Positions 1-8,899 of a stretch of DNA of 20,000 nt are shown here, one piece after another. Every line of letters starts with the position of its first letter. Position 1 is the stretch's first letter. The notes below the pieces were generated by a model that did not search any database, was not told where the DNA came from, and saw nothing but the letters and a program-made list of their open reading frames with translations. Source of the stretch: Chiloscyllium plagiosum (lineage: Eukaryota); assembly GCF_004010195.1 (NCBI RefSeq), contig NC_057717.1:103727360-103747359 (forward strand). The letters run 5' to 3'. The position numbers and the translations under genes were made by a program.

Positions 1-575
1 CGTGGCAGATTGAGTTTAATTTGGATAAACGCGAGGTATTGCATTTGGTAAAAACATACCAGGGCAGGAGTTACACAATCGGTGCTAAGGTCCGGGTAGT
101 GCTGTAAAACAGAGAGACCTCAGGAACATAATTCTTTGAAGTTTGCGTCACAGGTACGCAGGGTGGTTAAGAAGGCGTTTAGCGCTTAGCCTTCATTGCT
201 CAGATTTTTGAGTGTAGGAGTTGGGACATCAAGTTGAGGACATGAGTGAGGCCTCTTCTGGAGCACTGTGTACAGGAAGGATATCATTAAATTAGAGAGG
301 GTTCAGAAAAGATTTACCAGGATGGAGGGTTTGACGTATGCAAATAATCTGGAAAGGCCTGGTCCTGTTTCCAGGAGCTGAGGAGGTTAAATTGTGAACT
401 CACTGAGGTTTATAAAATCATGAGGGGCACAGAGAAGGTGAATGACAGAGGTCTTTTCCCTAATGTGTGGGAGTTCAAAACCAGGGGGCATTATTTTTAA
501 GATGAGGGGGAGAAAGATTTAAAAAGGATATGAGGGCCGACTTTGTTTACATAGAGAGTGGTTTGTATGTGGAAT
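1..575 (+). mobile_element. Degenerate CR1-clade LINE, 3' part of ORF2 (RT C-terminal region)
   Basis: Frameshifted remnants of CR1 motifs (WQ.EFNLDK.EVLHFG, KLERVQKRFTRM, EVYKIMRG, RVV..WN) that parallel the better-preserved copies at 7172-7635 and 19574-20000. Confidence 0.85.
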
Positions 576-809
576 TAAATTGAATTAGCTTTATCTTCAC
601 TCATAGTCGTGTGTGTACAGTGAAATGTTTATCAGTGACCACTTACAGCACCATCTTATGTACAGAGTACTAGGTATAATCCTTAGTTACAGAATAGAGG
701 ATTTAGGAAAATGGTTACAGCACAGCTATACACAGTATGATCAGAGGTCAGAAACACAAGAAGCAAAGTTAAAAAGACAAAGCATCACGTTCTCTCTGCA
801 GCAGACCAA

Positions 810-1060
810 CACAGCGGGCCTCCTGACTGCTGTTACACTGGGCCACAGTCCAGGTTCGATCCAACCCTCGGGTGTCTGTGTGGGGTTTGCACATTCGCCC
901 CGTGGGTTTCCTCCCACAGTCCAAAGATGTGCAGCTTAGGTGGATTGGCCGTGCTACATTATGCCGTAGTGTCCAGCCTATTAACACAGGAAATGCAGAG
1001 TGGGTCTAGGTCGGTGTGGACTAGATGGGCCGAATGGCCTGCTTCCACACTACAGGGATC
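810..1060 (+). mobile_element. HE1-like V-SINE (tRNA-derived), diverged
   Basis: B-box GGTTCGATCC, V-domain core GTTTGCACATT...GGGTTTCCTCCCACAGTCCAAAGATGTGCAG, LINE-like tail GGGCCGAATGGCCTGCTTCC. Confidence 0.85.
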
Positions 1061-1134
1061 GAAGGCTGGAATCGAACCCGGGTACCCAGCGCCGTGAGGG
1101 AGCAGTGCTAGCCACTGAGCCACCGCATCGCCCC
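1061..1134 (-). mobile_element. HE1-like SINE 5' tRNA-like head fragment
   Basis: Reverse complement reads GGTGGCTCAGTGGCTAGCACTGCT...GGGTTCGATTCCAGCC (A and B boxes), the same head as the other copies. Confidence 0.8.
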
Positions 1135-1368
1135 CTTGGTGAGTGCCTTGTGCAGAAGTGAAGAGATTGTGAGGGAATTCCAGATGTGGAGTGGTGGGCG
1201 GTTATGTCCCAGCAGCTATCCAAGTCCTGCAGCTCATACGCGGCACATCCAGCCCGACAGCCTCACCTTGGTGAAGTGGGAACTGTGCCCGTGATTGTCT
1301 GACTCCGGCCAGGTGATGCCCTGACACGTCCCTGGTTGCCCTTTAAGAATGGCTTGCCTCACCCCTGC

Positions 1369-1821
1369 GTGACTCAGCAGAAAAAGCAAAACCGTTGCGA
1401 GGGGGAATGACGGCCCGTAAAACGAGCAGGCTGTGCCTCCAGAACCCTCCTTACCTCTGTCTCCCTGAGCGATCGCTCCCGATGACTGAGTGTAGAGAGT
1501 AGGGCAGCCTGCAGACAATGGAGTAAATGGTCAGGCAATAGCTGGAACTCCATGGGTCCTGGGTGCCACTCCCTGGGCTAAGGCACTACAGTGACTCAGC
1601 ATTCCTCTTCGCCCCGAAGGGATTCTGCACTGTCACGGGCTCGTTCATTGTCCCCGAACACAACAGTGACTCAGCATTCCTCACGCATTGTCACTTGGAC
1701 ACGAATGAAAAGGCAGGAATTCTGCACTGTCATGGTTAGTTCATTCACTCGGTGCCCAGTAATGAGTCAACTAACTGATTGTGACAGATTTCCCTCCCGG
1801 GCTAGAGGCACATGACAGTGC
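1369..1821. promoter_or_regulatory. Cluster of antioxidant response elements (NRF2/sMAF ARE, RTGACnnnGC)
   Basis: + strand GTGACTCAGCA at 1369-1379, 1591-1601 and 1666-1676, ATGACAGTGC at 1812-1821; - strand GTGACAGTGCA (1626-1636), GTGACAATGCG (1684-1694), ATGACAGTGCA (1723-1733); AP-1 TGAGTCA at 1763-1769. Lies upstream of a GCLM-like gene, a known NRF2 target class. Confidence 0.75.
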
Positions 1822-1994
1822 TGGCTATCGGTTGCACGCTCAGTTCATTGACTGAGTGCCCAGCAGTGAGTCCCACCCACTGGAGCGGACTGTTCAGTCC
1901 TTAAACTCTGTGCTTTCTTCTGGCTGGTTCCTCGCCTGTATTTCCCCTGACGTGGGTGTGCCTCAGTGATGCCTTAGAGCAGGAATTCCCTGTT

Positions 1995-2000
1995 TATAAA
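1995..2000 (+). promoter_or_regulatory. Putative TATA box of the GCLM-like gene
   Basis: TATAAA between the ARE cluster and the candidate start codon, about 135 bp upstream of ATG 2133. Confidence 0.5.
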
Positions 2001-2132
2001 CCGATTAGAGGAGAGGAATTACTTGTGGCTCTACTAGTGTTTGAGGAACTCTGTTAGAATCAACACAGCTGAACTCACTCAGATAAAAGCCAGCACCTCC
2101 AGCACTTTCCAGAAAGCACCTTGCCGGCAAAC

Positions 2133-2163
2133 ATGACTGAAGACAAGAACGAAATCTTTAATC
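2133..2163 (+). CDS. GCLM: Probable start of GCLM-like coding exon 1 (MTEDKNEIFN...), truncated by assembly gap
   Basis: ATG in good context (GCAAACATGA, A at -3) downstream of TATA and AREs and upstream of exon 2. The conserved exon-1 motif (TGNL..W..L.KKCP) is not found in the sequenced bases, so it is inferred to lie in the gap. Confidence 0.5.
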
Positions 2164-2663
2164 NNNNNNNNNNNNNNNNNNNNNNNNNNNNNNNNNNNNN
2201 NNNNNNNNNNNNNNNNNNNNNNNNNNNNNNNNNNNNNNNNNNNNNNNNNNNNNNNNNNNNNNNNNNNNNNNNNNNNNNNNNNNNNNNNNNNNNNNNNNNN
2301 NNNNNNNNNNNNNNNNNNNNNNNNNNNNNNNNNNNNNNNNNNNNNNNNNNNNNNNNNNNNNNNNNNNNNNNNNNNNNNNNNNNNNNNNNNNNNNNNNNNN
2401 NNNNNNNNNNNNNNNNNNNNNNNNNNNNNNNNNNNNNNNNNNNNNNNNNNNNNNNNNNNNNNNNNNNNNNNNNNNNNNNNNNNNNNNNNNNNNNNNNNNN
2501 NNNNNNNNNNNNNNNNNNNNNNNNNNNNNNNNNNNNNNNNNNNNNNNNNNNNNNNNNNNNNNNNNNNNNNNNNNNNNNNNNNNNNNNNNNNNNNNNNNNN
2601 NNNNNNNNNNNNNNNNNNNNNNNNNNNNNNNNNNNNNNNNNNNNNNNNNNNNNNNNNNNNNNN
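2164..2663. other. Assembly gap (500 N)
   Basis: Run of N. Confidence 1.
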
Positions 2664-2934
2664 GTCTATCACACCAGGTTTGTGTTATTGACAGAGCTCT
2701 GGGCTCCACTTCCTAATTCACTCTATCTCTTTCTCCTTACTTACTTGCCCTCCTATTGACCAAGATTCCAATTATATGTCCCCATATCTCGCAAAGGGTC
2801 TCCACAAGCCAGCGGTGCTTGATAATGCCTCCTGGGACACTGAACATGCTATATAAATGCAGGTTGATGTTGTTACTCTGGGGTGGCCCATCTCTCCACC
2901 TTTCGCTACCAAGCCCCTCTGATCTCTTTTCCAG

Positions 2935-3006
2935 GTCCTGGATTGTCTCAAGGCTGCTTTGTGTGACTGGGGTTCAAAGTGCAACTCTGATCGACCGGAA
3001 GGGAAG
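2935..3006 (+). CDS. GCLM: GCLM-like coding exon 2 (VLDCLKAALCDWGSKCNSDRPEGK)
   Basis: Acceptor ctcttttccag, donor AAG|gtgagt, phase 0/0, 72 bp; aligns to vertebrate GCLM LHDCIQKTLNEWSSQINPD. Confidence 0.85.
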
Positions 3007-3130
3007 GTGAGTCTTCATCCTTGGCTACCATGCATCCCAGGCTCTGCTCAGAACTGCAGTGACCTCTCGGGACGCTGTGTTCCGATAAGACGCAATGTCA
3101 ACTTAGGAGAAATCAATCTGCCCTCGCATT

Positions 3131-3438
3131 TTAGATTAGATTAGATTCCCTACAGTGTGGAAACAGGCCCTTCGGCCCAATAAGTCCACACCGACCCTCT
3201 GAAGACTAACCCACCCAGACCCATTTCCCTCTGACTAATGCATCTAACAGTACGGGCAATTTAGCATGGCCACTTCACCTGACCTACACATCATTGGATT
3301 GTGGGAGGAAACCGGAGCATCCGGAGGAAACCCACGCAGACACGGGGAGAATGTGCAAACTCCACGCAGACAGTCCCCCAAGGCTGGAATTGAACCTGGG
3401 TCCCTGGTGCTGTGAGACAGCAGTGCTAACCACTGACC
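3131..3438 (-). mobile_element. HE1-like V-SINE, near full length with (TCTAA)n tail
   Basis: tRNA-like head, V-core GTGTCTGCGTGGGTTTCCTCCGGATGCTCCGGTTTCCTCCCACA on the - strand, ttaga repeats at 3131-3145. Confidence 0.9.
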
Positions 3439-3744
3439 TTCCCACCTCAACACCATAATCGCTGCCCCCACTTTAGTGTCATTGCCAATTGTTTATTGAC
3501 CCTCATTGGGATGGGTCATTATTGGCAAAGCTAACGTTAGTAATCCTTCCTTCCTGCGATTCACACCTCATCGTTTACTCCCTTACTTGGACAAATAAGC
3601 TGGAGCCTCTGGCTGGGAATATCTCAGGCTTTGTACCTGAGAGATCTTCATCTTTTGGGTCCCCCCCCATATCTGAGGAAGGATGTTCTGGCAAAGGAGG
3701 GAGTGCAGAGAAGGTTAACCAGACTGGATTCCTGGGATCAGGAT

Positions 3745-3833
3745 TAGAGTGGTGCTGGAAAAGCTCAGCAGGTGAGGCAGCATCCGGGGAGCAGGAAAAT
3801 CGACGTTTCGGGCATAAGCCCTTCATCAGGAAT
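3745..3833 (-). mobile_element. Penelope-like element terminal-repeat fragment
   Basis: GCTGGAAAAGCTCAGCAGGTGAGGCAGCATC...CGACGTTTCGGG...CCCTTCATCAGG is homologous to 16540-16620, which lies 3' of a GIY-YIG C-terminus. Confidence 0.75.
3798..3833 (-). ncRNA. Minimal type I hammerhead ribozyme motif
   Basis: - strand RNA: auuc CUGAUGA a GGGC-uuau-GCCC GAAAC GUC gauu; both conserved core boxes, a perfect 4-bp helix II and a GUC cleavage triplet; helix I is short and imperfect. Confidence 0.65.
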
Positions 3834-3844
3834 GGGATGGCAGG

Positions 3845-4265
3845 ACTGACATAAGAAAACAGACTGGATCAGTTTAGGATTCTATTTGCCGGAGTCTTGA
3901 AGATTGAGGTGGGGGTGATCTCATAGAAACCTGTGAAATGCTAACAGGCCAAGACAGGGGGAACATGGGAAGGATGTTCCCAATGACCATGTAGAGTCAA
4001 GAACCAGCAGGTCATGGTCTGAGGATACAGGGTAGGCCATTTGGGACTGAGCTGAGAACTGTCTTCGCCCAGCGAGAGGGGGGAGGGGGGGGTGGTCTGA
4101 GGCTTTCTCTGCTACAGGAAGCAATTGAAATCAAAGCACTGAAGATTTGTGAGAAGGAGTTAGATATAGTTCTGAGGGCTAAAGGAAGAAAGGAGAACAG
4201 GGGACTGAGTTGGATGGTTAGCCATGATCCTGATGAATGGCACACCAGGTTTGAAGGGCCGGTTC
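3845..4265 (+). mobile_element. Degenerate CR1-clade LINE 3' end
   Basis: Remnants of GDLIET.., RMFP, ESRT.GH.L.I.GRPF.TE.R and a 3' UTR ending GAAGGGCC, similar to 19800-20000. Confidence 0.8.
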
Positions 4266-4819
4266 TTGTTTTCAGTGTTTAATCTCTCCCGATCATAGAT
4301 CTCCTCTGTTTCCCCAGTGGATCGCTGCCAGTCTCAGGCCCACAGCTGGGAAAATTGAATCAGCCACGATCCTATTGTATGCCTGGGAGGGCTTACCACA
4401 ACTAGACACAGGAGGGGTGGACCTGAGAGAAGTCATTTCCCCTTGACCCTTGACCCTGCCTTCTCCACCCTCTGATCATCAGCTCTCACGCTGATTGGTG
4501 GAGCAATCGATCACTGAGCATCCCTTGACGACATTTCATTGGCTCACCCCTAGCCAGCATTGAGGGTCCACCAGCCTTCCCTGATTGGATAGTGGACCTG
4601 TTCCCTGGCCTTGGATTGACTGAGATGTTGTAAAGAGACCAGAGGCACCTGCAGTATTTGGCTTTCACTCCCACCCCTCTGGGGCTCACGTTCCACCTCT
4701 CCATGGCGTTGGCTGTTTCTTGGGTATATTTTTAATCTCTAAGCCACCTCATCCTCCCACCCGGTTTAATGCCGTCTGCAAGCTCAGATAGCTGGGCTCC
4801 AAGCACTGAGCGCTGTGCT

Positions 4820-5020
4820 AAGATCACCAAAGTCCCACTCCCTCATTAGAGAGAGGGGTAACTGTTTAAACCTGGGGCTCACCACACCTTAGGGAAGGGG
4901 TGAGGTTGAGATGACAGGATGTTCACAGCCACCCCAGCAGACATGGGCATTGAACCTATGCTGTCAGAGTCACTTTGACCATCACAATCCAGTCATCCAG
5001 CCAACTGAGCTAACCGATCA
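4820..5020 (-). mobile_element. tRNA-derived SINE, second family (copy 1)
   Basis: - strand head GGTTAGCTCAGTTGGCTGGATG...GGTTCAATGCC; homologous to 15993-16197, 18222-18385 and 19133-19330. Confidence 0.75.
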
Positions 5021-5234
5021 ATCACTGCCCATCGCTCACAAAAAGGCCTGTTTATTTCTAAGCCTCGTTTCCTTGTCTATCTCTAACCATGAGTAAGAGA
5101 AAGACTAAAGATAAGAATTCAAAAGCATTCGATCTCTTTATTTGGTTGGTTGTTATTCTGTTTAACATCGGTTTAGTTATTAACACTGCCTTTTTATTTA
5201 TCTCCCGCGTCTCTCTACTGACCAGTTTCACCAG

Positions 5235-5319
5235 GCGTTACCCGAGCACCTGGTCTGTAACCTGATTCAACCGACAGAGAGGATTGACCCTGATGAGAGA
5301 GAGGATATCCGGATATCAG
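5235..5319 (+). CDS. GCLM: GCLM-like coding exon 3 (ALPEHLVCNLIQPTERIDPDEREDIRIS)
   Basis: Acceptor tttcaccag, donor CAG|gtaggt, 85 bp, phase 0/1; matches GCLM EKINPDEREEMKVS. Confidence 0.92.
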
Positions 5320-5489
5320 GTAGGTGCTCCATCAGGGAGAGGCACTGTCCGCCTAGTTACAGAGCTCGCGAATCAAGGGCTGCTATTGACAGGGACAAGA
5401 GGCATTCCATCCACTGAGCTAACCATTAACACTGGGCAAAGGTGAAACACATCAGTCCTCCATCTTCAGGAGGAGTGGCACAGTTACCA

Positions 5490-5755
5490 TCAGAAATGGG
5501 AACAGGATGAGGCCATTCAGCCCCTCAGGCCTGCTCTGCCATTCAATAGGATCACCGCTGATCGTGCCCTTTCCCTGGAACCCTGGATTCCCTGAATGGT
5601 CAGGAATCTATCTCATCCTTAAATATACAGAAGGGCTCTGCCCCCACCGCTCCCTGTGGCAAGGTGTTCCAAAGTCTCCCAGCCCTCAGAGAGAAGATGT
5701 TCCTCCTCAGCTCAGGCTTACATTGGTGCCCCGTGATTCTGAGACTGTGCCCCAA
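5490..5755 (-). mobile_element. Degenerate CR1-clade LINE 3' end
   Basis: AGGCCATTCAGCCCCTC..GCCTGCTCTGCCATTCAAT..GATC, typical reverse-orientation CR1 3' UTR, followed by the RT tail. Confidence 0.7.
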
Positions 5756-5765
5756 TCCGTGACTC

Positions 5766-6380
5766 TCCCTATCACTGTCACCTCCTCCAGCCCCTACATC
5801 CCCTCCCTATCTCTGTAAACCTCCTCCAGCCTCTACACCCCCTCCCTATCTCTGTAACCTTCCCCAGCACCTACACCCCCTCCCTATCTCTGTAACCTTC
5901 CCCAGCACCTACACCCCCTCCCTATCTCTGTAACCTTCCCCAGCACCTACACCCCCTCCCTATCTCTGTAACCTTCCCCAGCACCTACACCCCCTCCCTA
6001 TCTCTGTAACCTTCCCCAGCACCTACACCCCCTCCCTATCTCTGTAACCTTCCCCAGCACCTACACCCCCTCCCTATCTCTGTAACCTTCCCCAGCACCT
6101 ACACCCCCTCCCTATCTCTGTAACCTTCCCCAGCACCTACACCCCCTCCCTATCTCTGTAACCTTCCCCAGCACCTACACCCCCTCCCTATCTCTGTAAC
6201 CTTCCCCAGCACCTACACCCCCTCCCTATCTCTGTAACCTTCCCCAGCACCTACACCCCCTCCCTATCTCTGTAACCTTCCCCAGCACCTACACCCCCTC
6301 CCTATCTCTGTAATCTCCTCCAGCCCCTACACCTCCTCCCTATCTCTGTCACCTCCTCCAGCCCCTACACCCCCTCCCTA
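5766..6380. repeat. 38-bp minisatellite, about 16 copies, running into a gap
   Basis: Unit TCCCTATCTCTGTAACCTTCCCCAGCACCTACACCCCC (e.g. starts at 5881 and 5919); identical in the centre, diverged at the edges. Confidence 0.97.
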
Positions 6381-7171
6381 NNNNNNNNNNNNNNNNNNNN
6401 NNNNNNNNNNNNNNNNNNNNNNNNNNNNNNNNNNNNNNNNNNNNNNNNNNNNNNNNNNNNNNNNNNNNNNNNNNNNNNNNNNNNNNNNNNNNNNNNNNNN
6501 NNNNNNNNNNNNNNNNNNNNNNNNNNNNNNNNNNNNNNNNNNNNNNNNNNNNNNNNNNNNNNNNNNNNNNNNNNNNNNNNNNNNNNNNNNNNNNNNNNNN
6601 NNNNNNNNNNNNNNNNNNNNNNNNNNNNNNNNNNNNNNNNNNNNNNNNNNNNNNNNNNNNNNNNNNNNNNNNNNNNNNNNNNNNNNNNNNNNNNNNNNNN
6701 NNNNNNNNNNNNNNNNNNNNNNNNNNNNNNNNNNNNNNNNNNNNNNNNNNNNNNNNNNNNNNNNNNNNNNNNNNNNNNNNNNNNNNNNNNNNNNNNNNNN
6801 NNNNNNNNNNNNNNNNNNNNNNNNNNNNNNNNNNNNNNNNNNNNNNNNNNNNNNNNNNNNNNNNNNNNNNNNNNNNNNNNNNNNNNNNNNNNNNNNNNNN
6901 NNNNNNNNNNNNNNNNNNNNNNNNNNNNNNNNNNNNNNNNNNNNNNNNNNNNNNNNNNNNNNNNNNNNNNNNNNNNNNNNNNNNNNNNNNNNNNNNNNNN
7001 NNNNNNNNNNNNNNNNNNNNNNNNNNNNNNNNNNNNNNNNNNNNNNNNNNNNNNNNNNNNNNNNNNNNNNNNNNNNNNNNNNNNNNNNNNNNNNNNNNNN
7101 NNNNNNNNNNNNNNNNNNNNNNNNNNNNNNNNNNNNNNNNNNNNNNNNNNNNNNNNNNNNNNNNNNNNNNN
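6381..7171. other. Assembly gap (791 N)
   Basis: Run of N. Confidence 1.
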
Positions 7172-7635
7172 CTCATAATTTTGTAAACCTCTATAAGGTC
7201 ACCCCTCAGCCTCCGACGCTCCAGGGAAAACAGCCCCAGCCTGTCCAGCCTCTCCCTATAGCTCAAACCCTCCAACCCTGGCAACATCCTTGTAAATCTT
7301 TTCTGAACCCTTTCAAGTTTCACAGCATCTTTCCGATAGGAAGGAGACCAGAATTGCACGCAATATTCCAATAGTGGCCTAACCAATGTCCTGTACAGCC
7401 ACAACATGACCTCCCAATTCCTGTGCTCAATACTCTGACCAATAAAGGAAAGCATACCAAACGCCTTCTTCACTATCCTATCTACCTGCGACTCCACTGC
7501 CTGCACTCCAAGGTCTCTTTGTTCAGCAACACTCCCTAGGACTTTACCATTAAGTGTATAAGTCCTGCTCAGATTTGCCTTTCCACAATGGAGCACCTTC
7601 CAATTTTCTAAATTAAACTCCATCTGGCACTCCTC
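7172..7635 (-). mobile_element. 5'-truncated CR1-clade LINE ORF2 fragment, open frame
   Basis: MEFNLENWKVLH...LYRTLVRPLLEYCVQFWSP...LERVQKRFTRMLPGL...RRRLRGDLIEVYKIM. Confidence 0.95.
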
Positions 7636-7637
7636 AA

Positions 7638-7720
7638 AGATAGGGAGGGGGTGTAGGGCCTGGAGGAGGTTACAGAGATAGAGAGGAGTGCAGGGCTGGA
7701 GGGGTTGACTGAGATAGGAA
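7638..7720 (-). repeat. About two diverged units of the 38-bp minisatellite in inverted orientation
   Basis: AGATAGGGAGGGGGTGTAGGGCCTGGAGGAGGTTACAGAGATAG is the reverse complement of the edge-type unit. Confidence 0.9.
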
Positions 7721-7774
7721 TCTGTTTACTTTAATTGCTTGTACTTCCTGACCTCATATTTCTCCTTCCCACAG

Positions 7775-7831
7775 CCAAACTGTTCATCTGTCAATCTGAC
7801 TTAAGGACTGTTAAGGAGGCGGTGATGTGTG
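7775..7831 (+). CDS. GCLM: GCLM-like coding exon 4 ((A)KLFICQSDLRTVKEAVMC)
   Basis: Acceptor tttctccttcccacag, donor G|gtaagt, 57 bp, phase 1/1; AKLFI...AV motif of GCLM. Confidence 0.92.
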
Positions 7832-8765
7832 GTAAGTGAGATTGCCAGTTGGGAGAACCATAAGAGAGGGGTCTGTCCTCTGTCTGTTTTGTGTGTCTGG
7901 GACTGTCAGAGACATTGACATTACAACTGAGCTCTTTACTATGAATTTCCCAGAATCTGCAGGATTTGCCTGAGATTTCTCTTTGAGATGCTGTTGATAA
8001 CGGTGTACATGGTCAAGACAATGTCTCTTCAGCCTTCCCTCCAGAGTTGAGCACAGGGTTTAACCTCCCTGTCCAGTGCACTGCTGGGAGAGGGCTACAT
8101 TGCAGCTGGTGCTGGGAAATTATACCAAGGTGTTCACCCACAGCTCCCATCCAACTGCTCCTGGATAACAGGCAGCAGAGTCACCATCTCAATGTGAACC
8201 CAGAACTCGCTTTTACCCCTGGGCCGCATTCATGACCTGACACCTCTTCACACCGGGCCCTTTGCTGTGTCTGGGATCCTGCTGTGCACAGGCGGGCTAC
8301 TGTGGTTGCCTGGGAAAACGCAGAGAAAAGGTCGTGGATATGGCATAAAGTTCTGCTGTGCAACCTCTCTTGTCCGGTGACCGTTACCTTCAACGGGCTG
8401 AATGGCCTCCGTCGGGCCAATCATGACTCCTTGAGGGTCCCTCAGCACATGTCCCAGATCCTCGCTGAAGGTTAGAAATGGTTCTCCTGTTCCAGCACCT
8501 TATTGGGCCAGCAGTGTTCCCTCCAACCTCAGCCTCCATGAGCATCCTCCTCAGCTGTGGGTGCTCCGACCCCAGAGGAATCCGCTGCCACTCACCTTAG
8601 CAATCACCCTGTGTTGTGCGGTTGCCAGCAAGTCCTTGGAAATCTCCTCCTAAATGTATCAAGAATGGTGGGGGGAGGGGTTCAGTTACAGATTCTCCCC
8701 CTCAGCATGGACCCCCTCCAAATGTAATTCTGGTGGGTCCTAAACTCTGGTGTTCACTGTCAAAA

Positions 8766-8842
8766 TATGTGGTGCTGGAAAAACACAGCAGGTCAGGCAG
8801 CATCCGCAGAGCAGGAGAGTCAATGTTTTAAGCATAAGCCCT
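8766..8842 (-). mobile_element. Penelope-like terminal-repeat fragment, degenerate
   Basis: GTGGTGCTGGAAAAACACAGCAGGTCAGGCAGCATCC...GCATAAGCCC, homologous to 3745-3833; hammerhead core lost. Confidence 0.7.
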
Positions 8843-8899
8843 GTTCACCATCCACCAACGTGCAACTTCCCTTAATCTCAGGGGTCTGTTCACCATCAT

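Noticed and set aside
1212..1312. Faint resemblance to GCLM exon 1 (AAIQVLQ / AHTRHIQPDSL..VKWELCP* followed by CAG|gtgatg)
   Set aside because: Needs a frameshift, has an in-frame TGA at 1292-1294, lacks TGNL, and lies upstream of the ARE/TATA region. Probably chance, although a decayed duplicate exon cannot be excluded without alignment statistics.
2079..2759. Long ORFs of 183-212 aa in the ORF track
   Set aside because: Artefacts of reading through the N gap
5766..6380. CRISPR-like array of ~38-bp repeats
   Set aside because: Units are head-to-tail with no unique spacers, and the context is a vertebrate intron
6349..7623. 424-aa ORF as a host gene
   Set aside because: About 150 aa of CR1 ORF2 plus gap-derived X residues
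8841..8897. 12-bp direct repeat CTGTTCACCATC flanking 33 bp, a possible target-site duplication
   Set aside because: It does not flank a recognisable element and is too short to interpret
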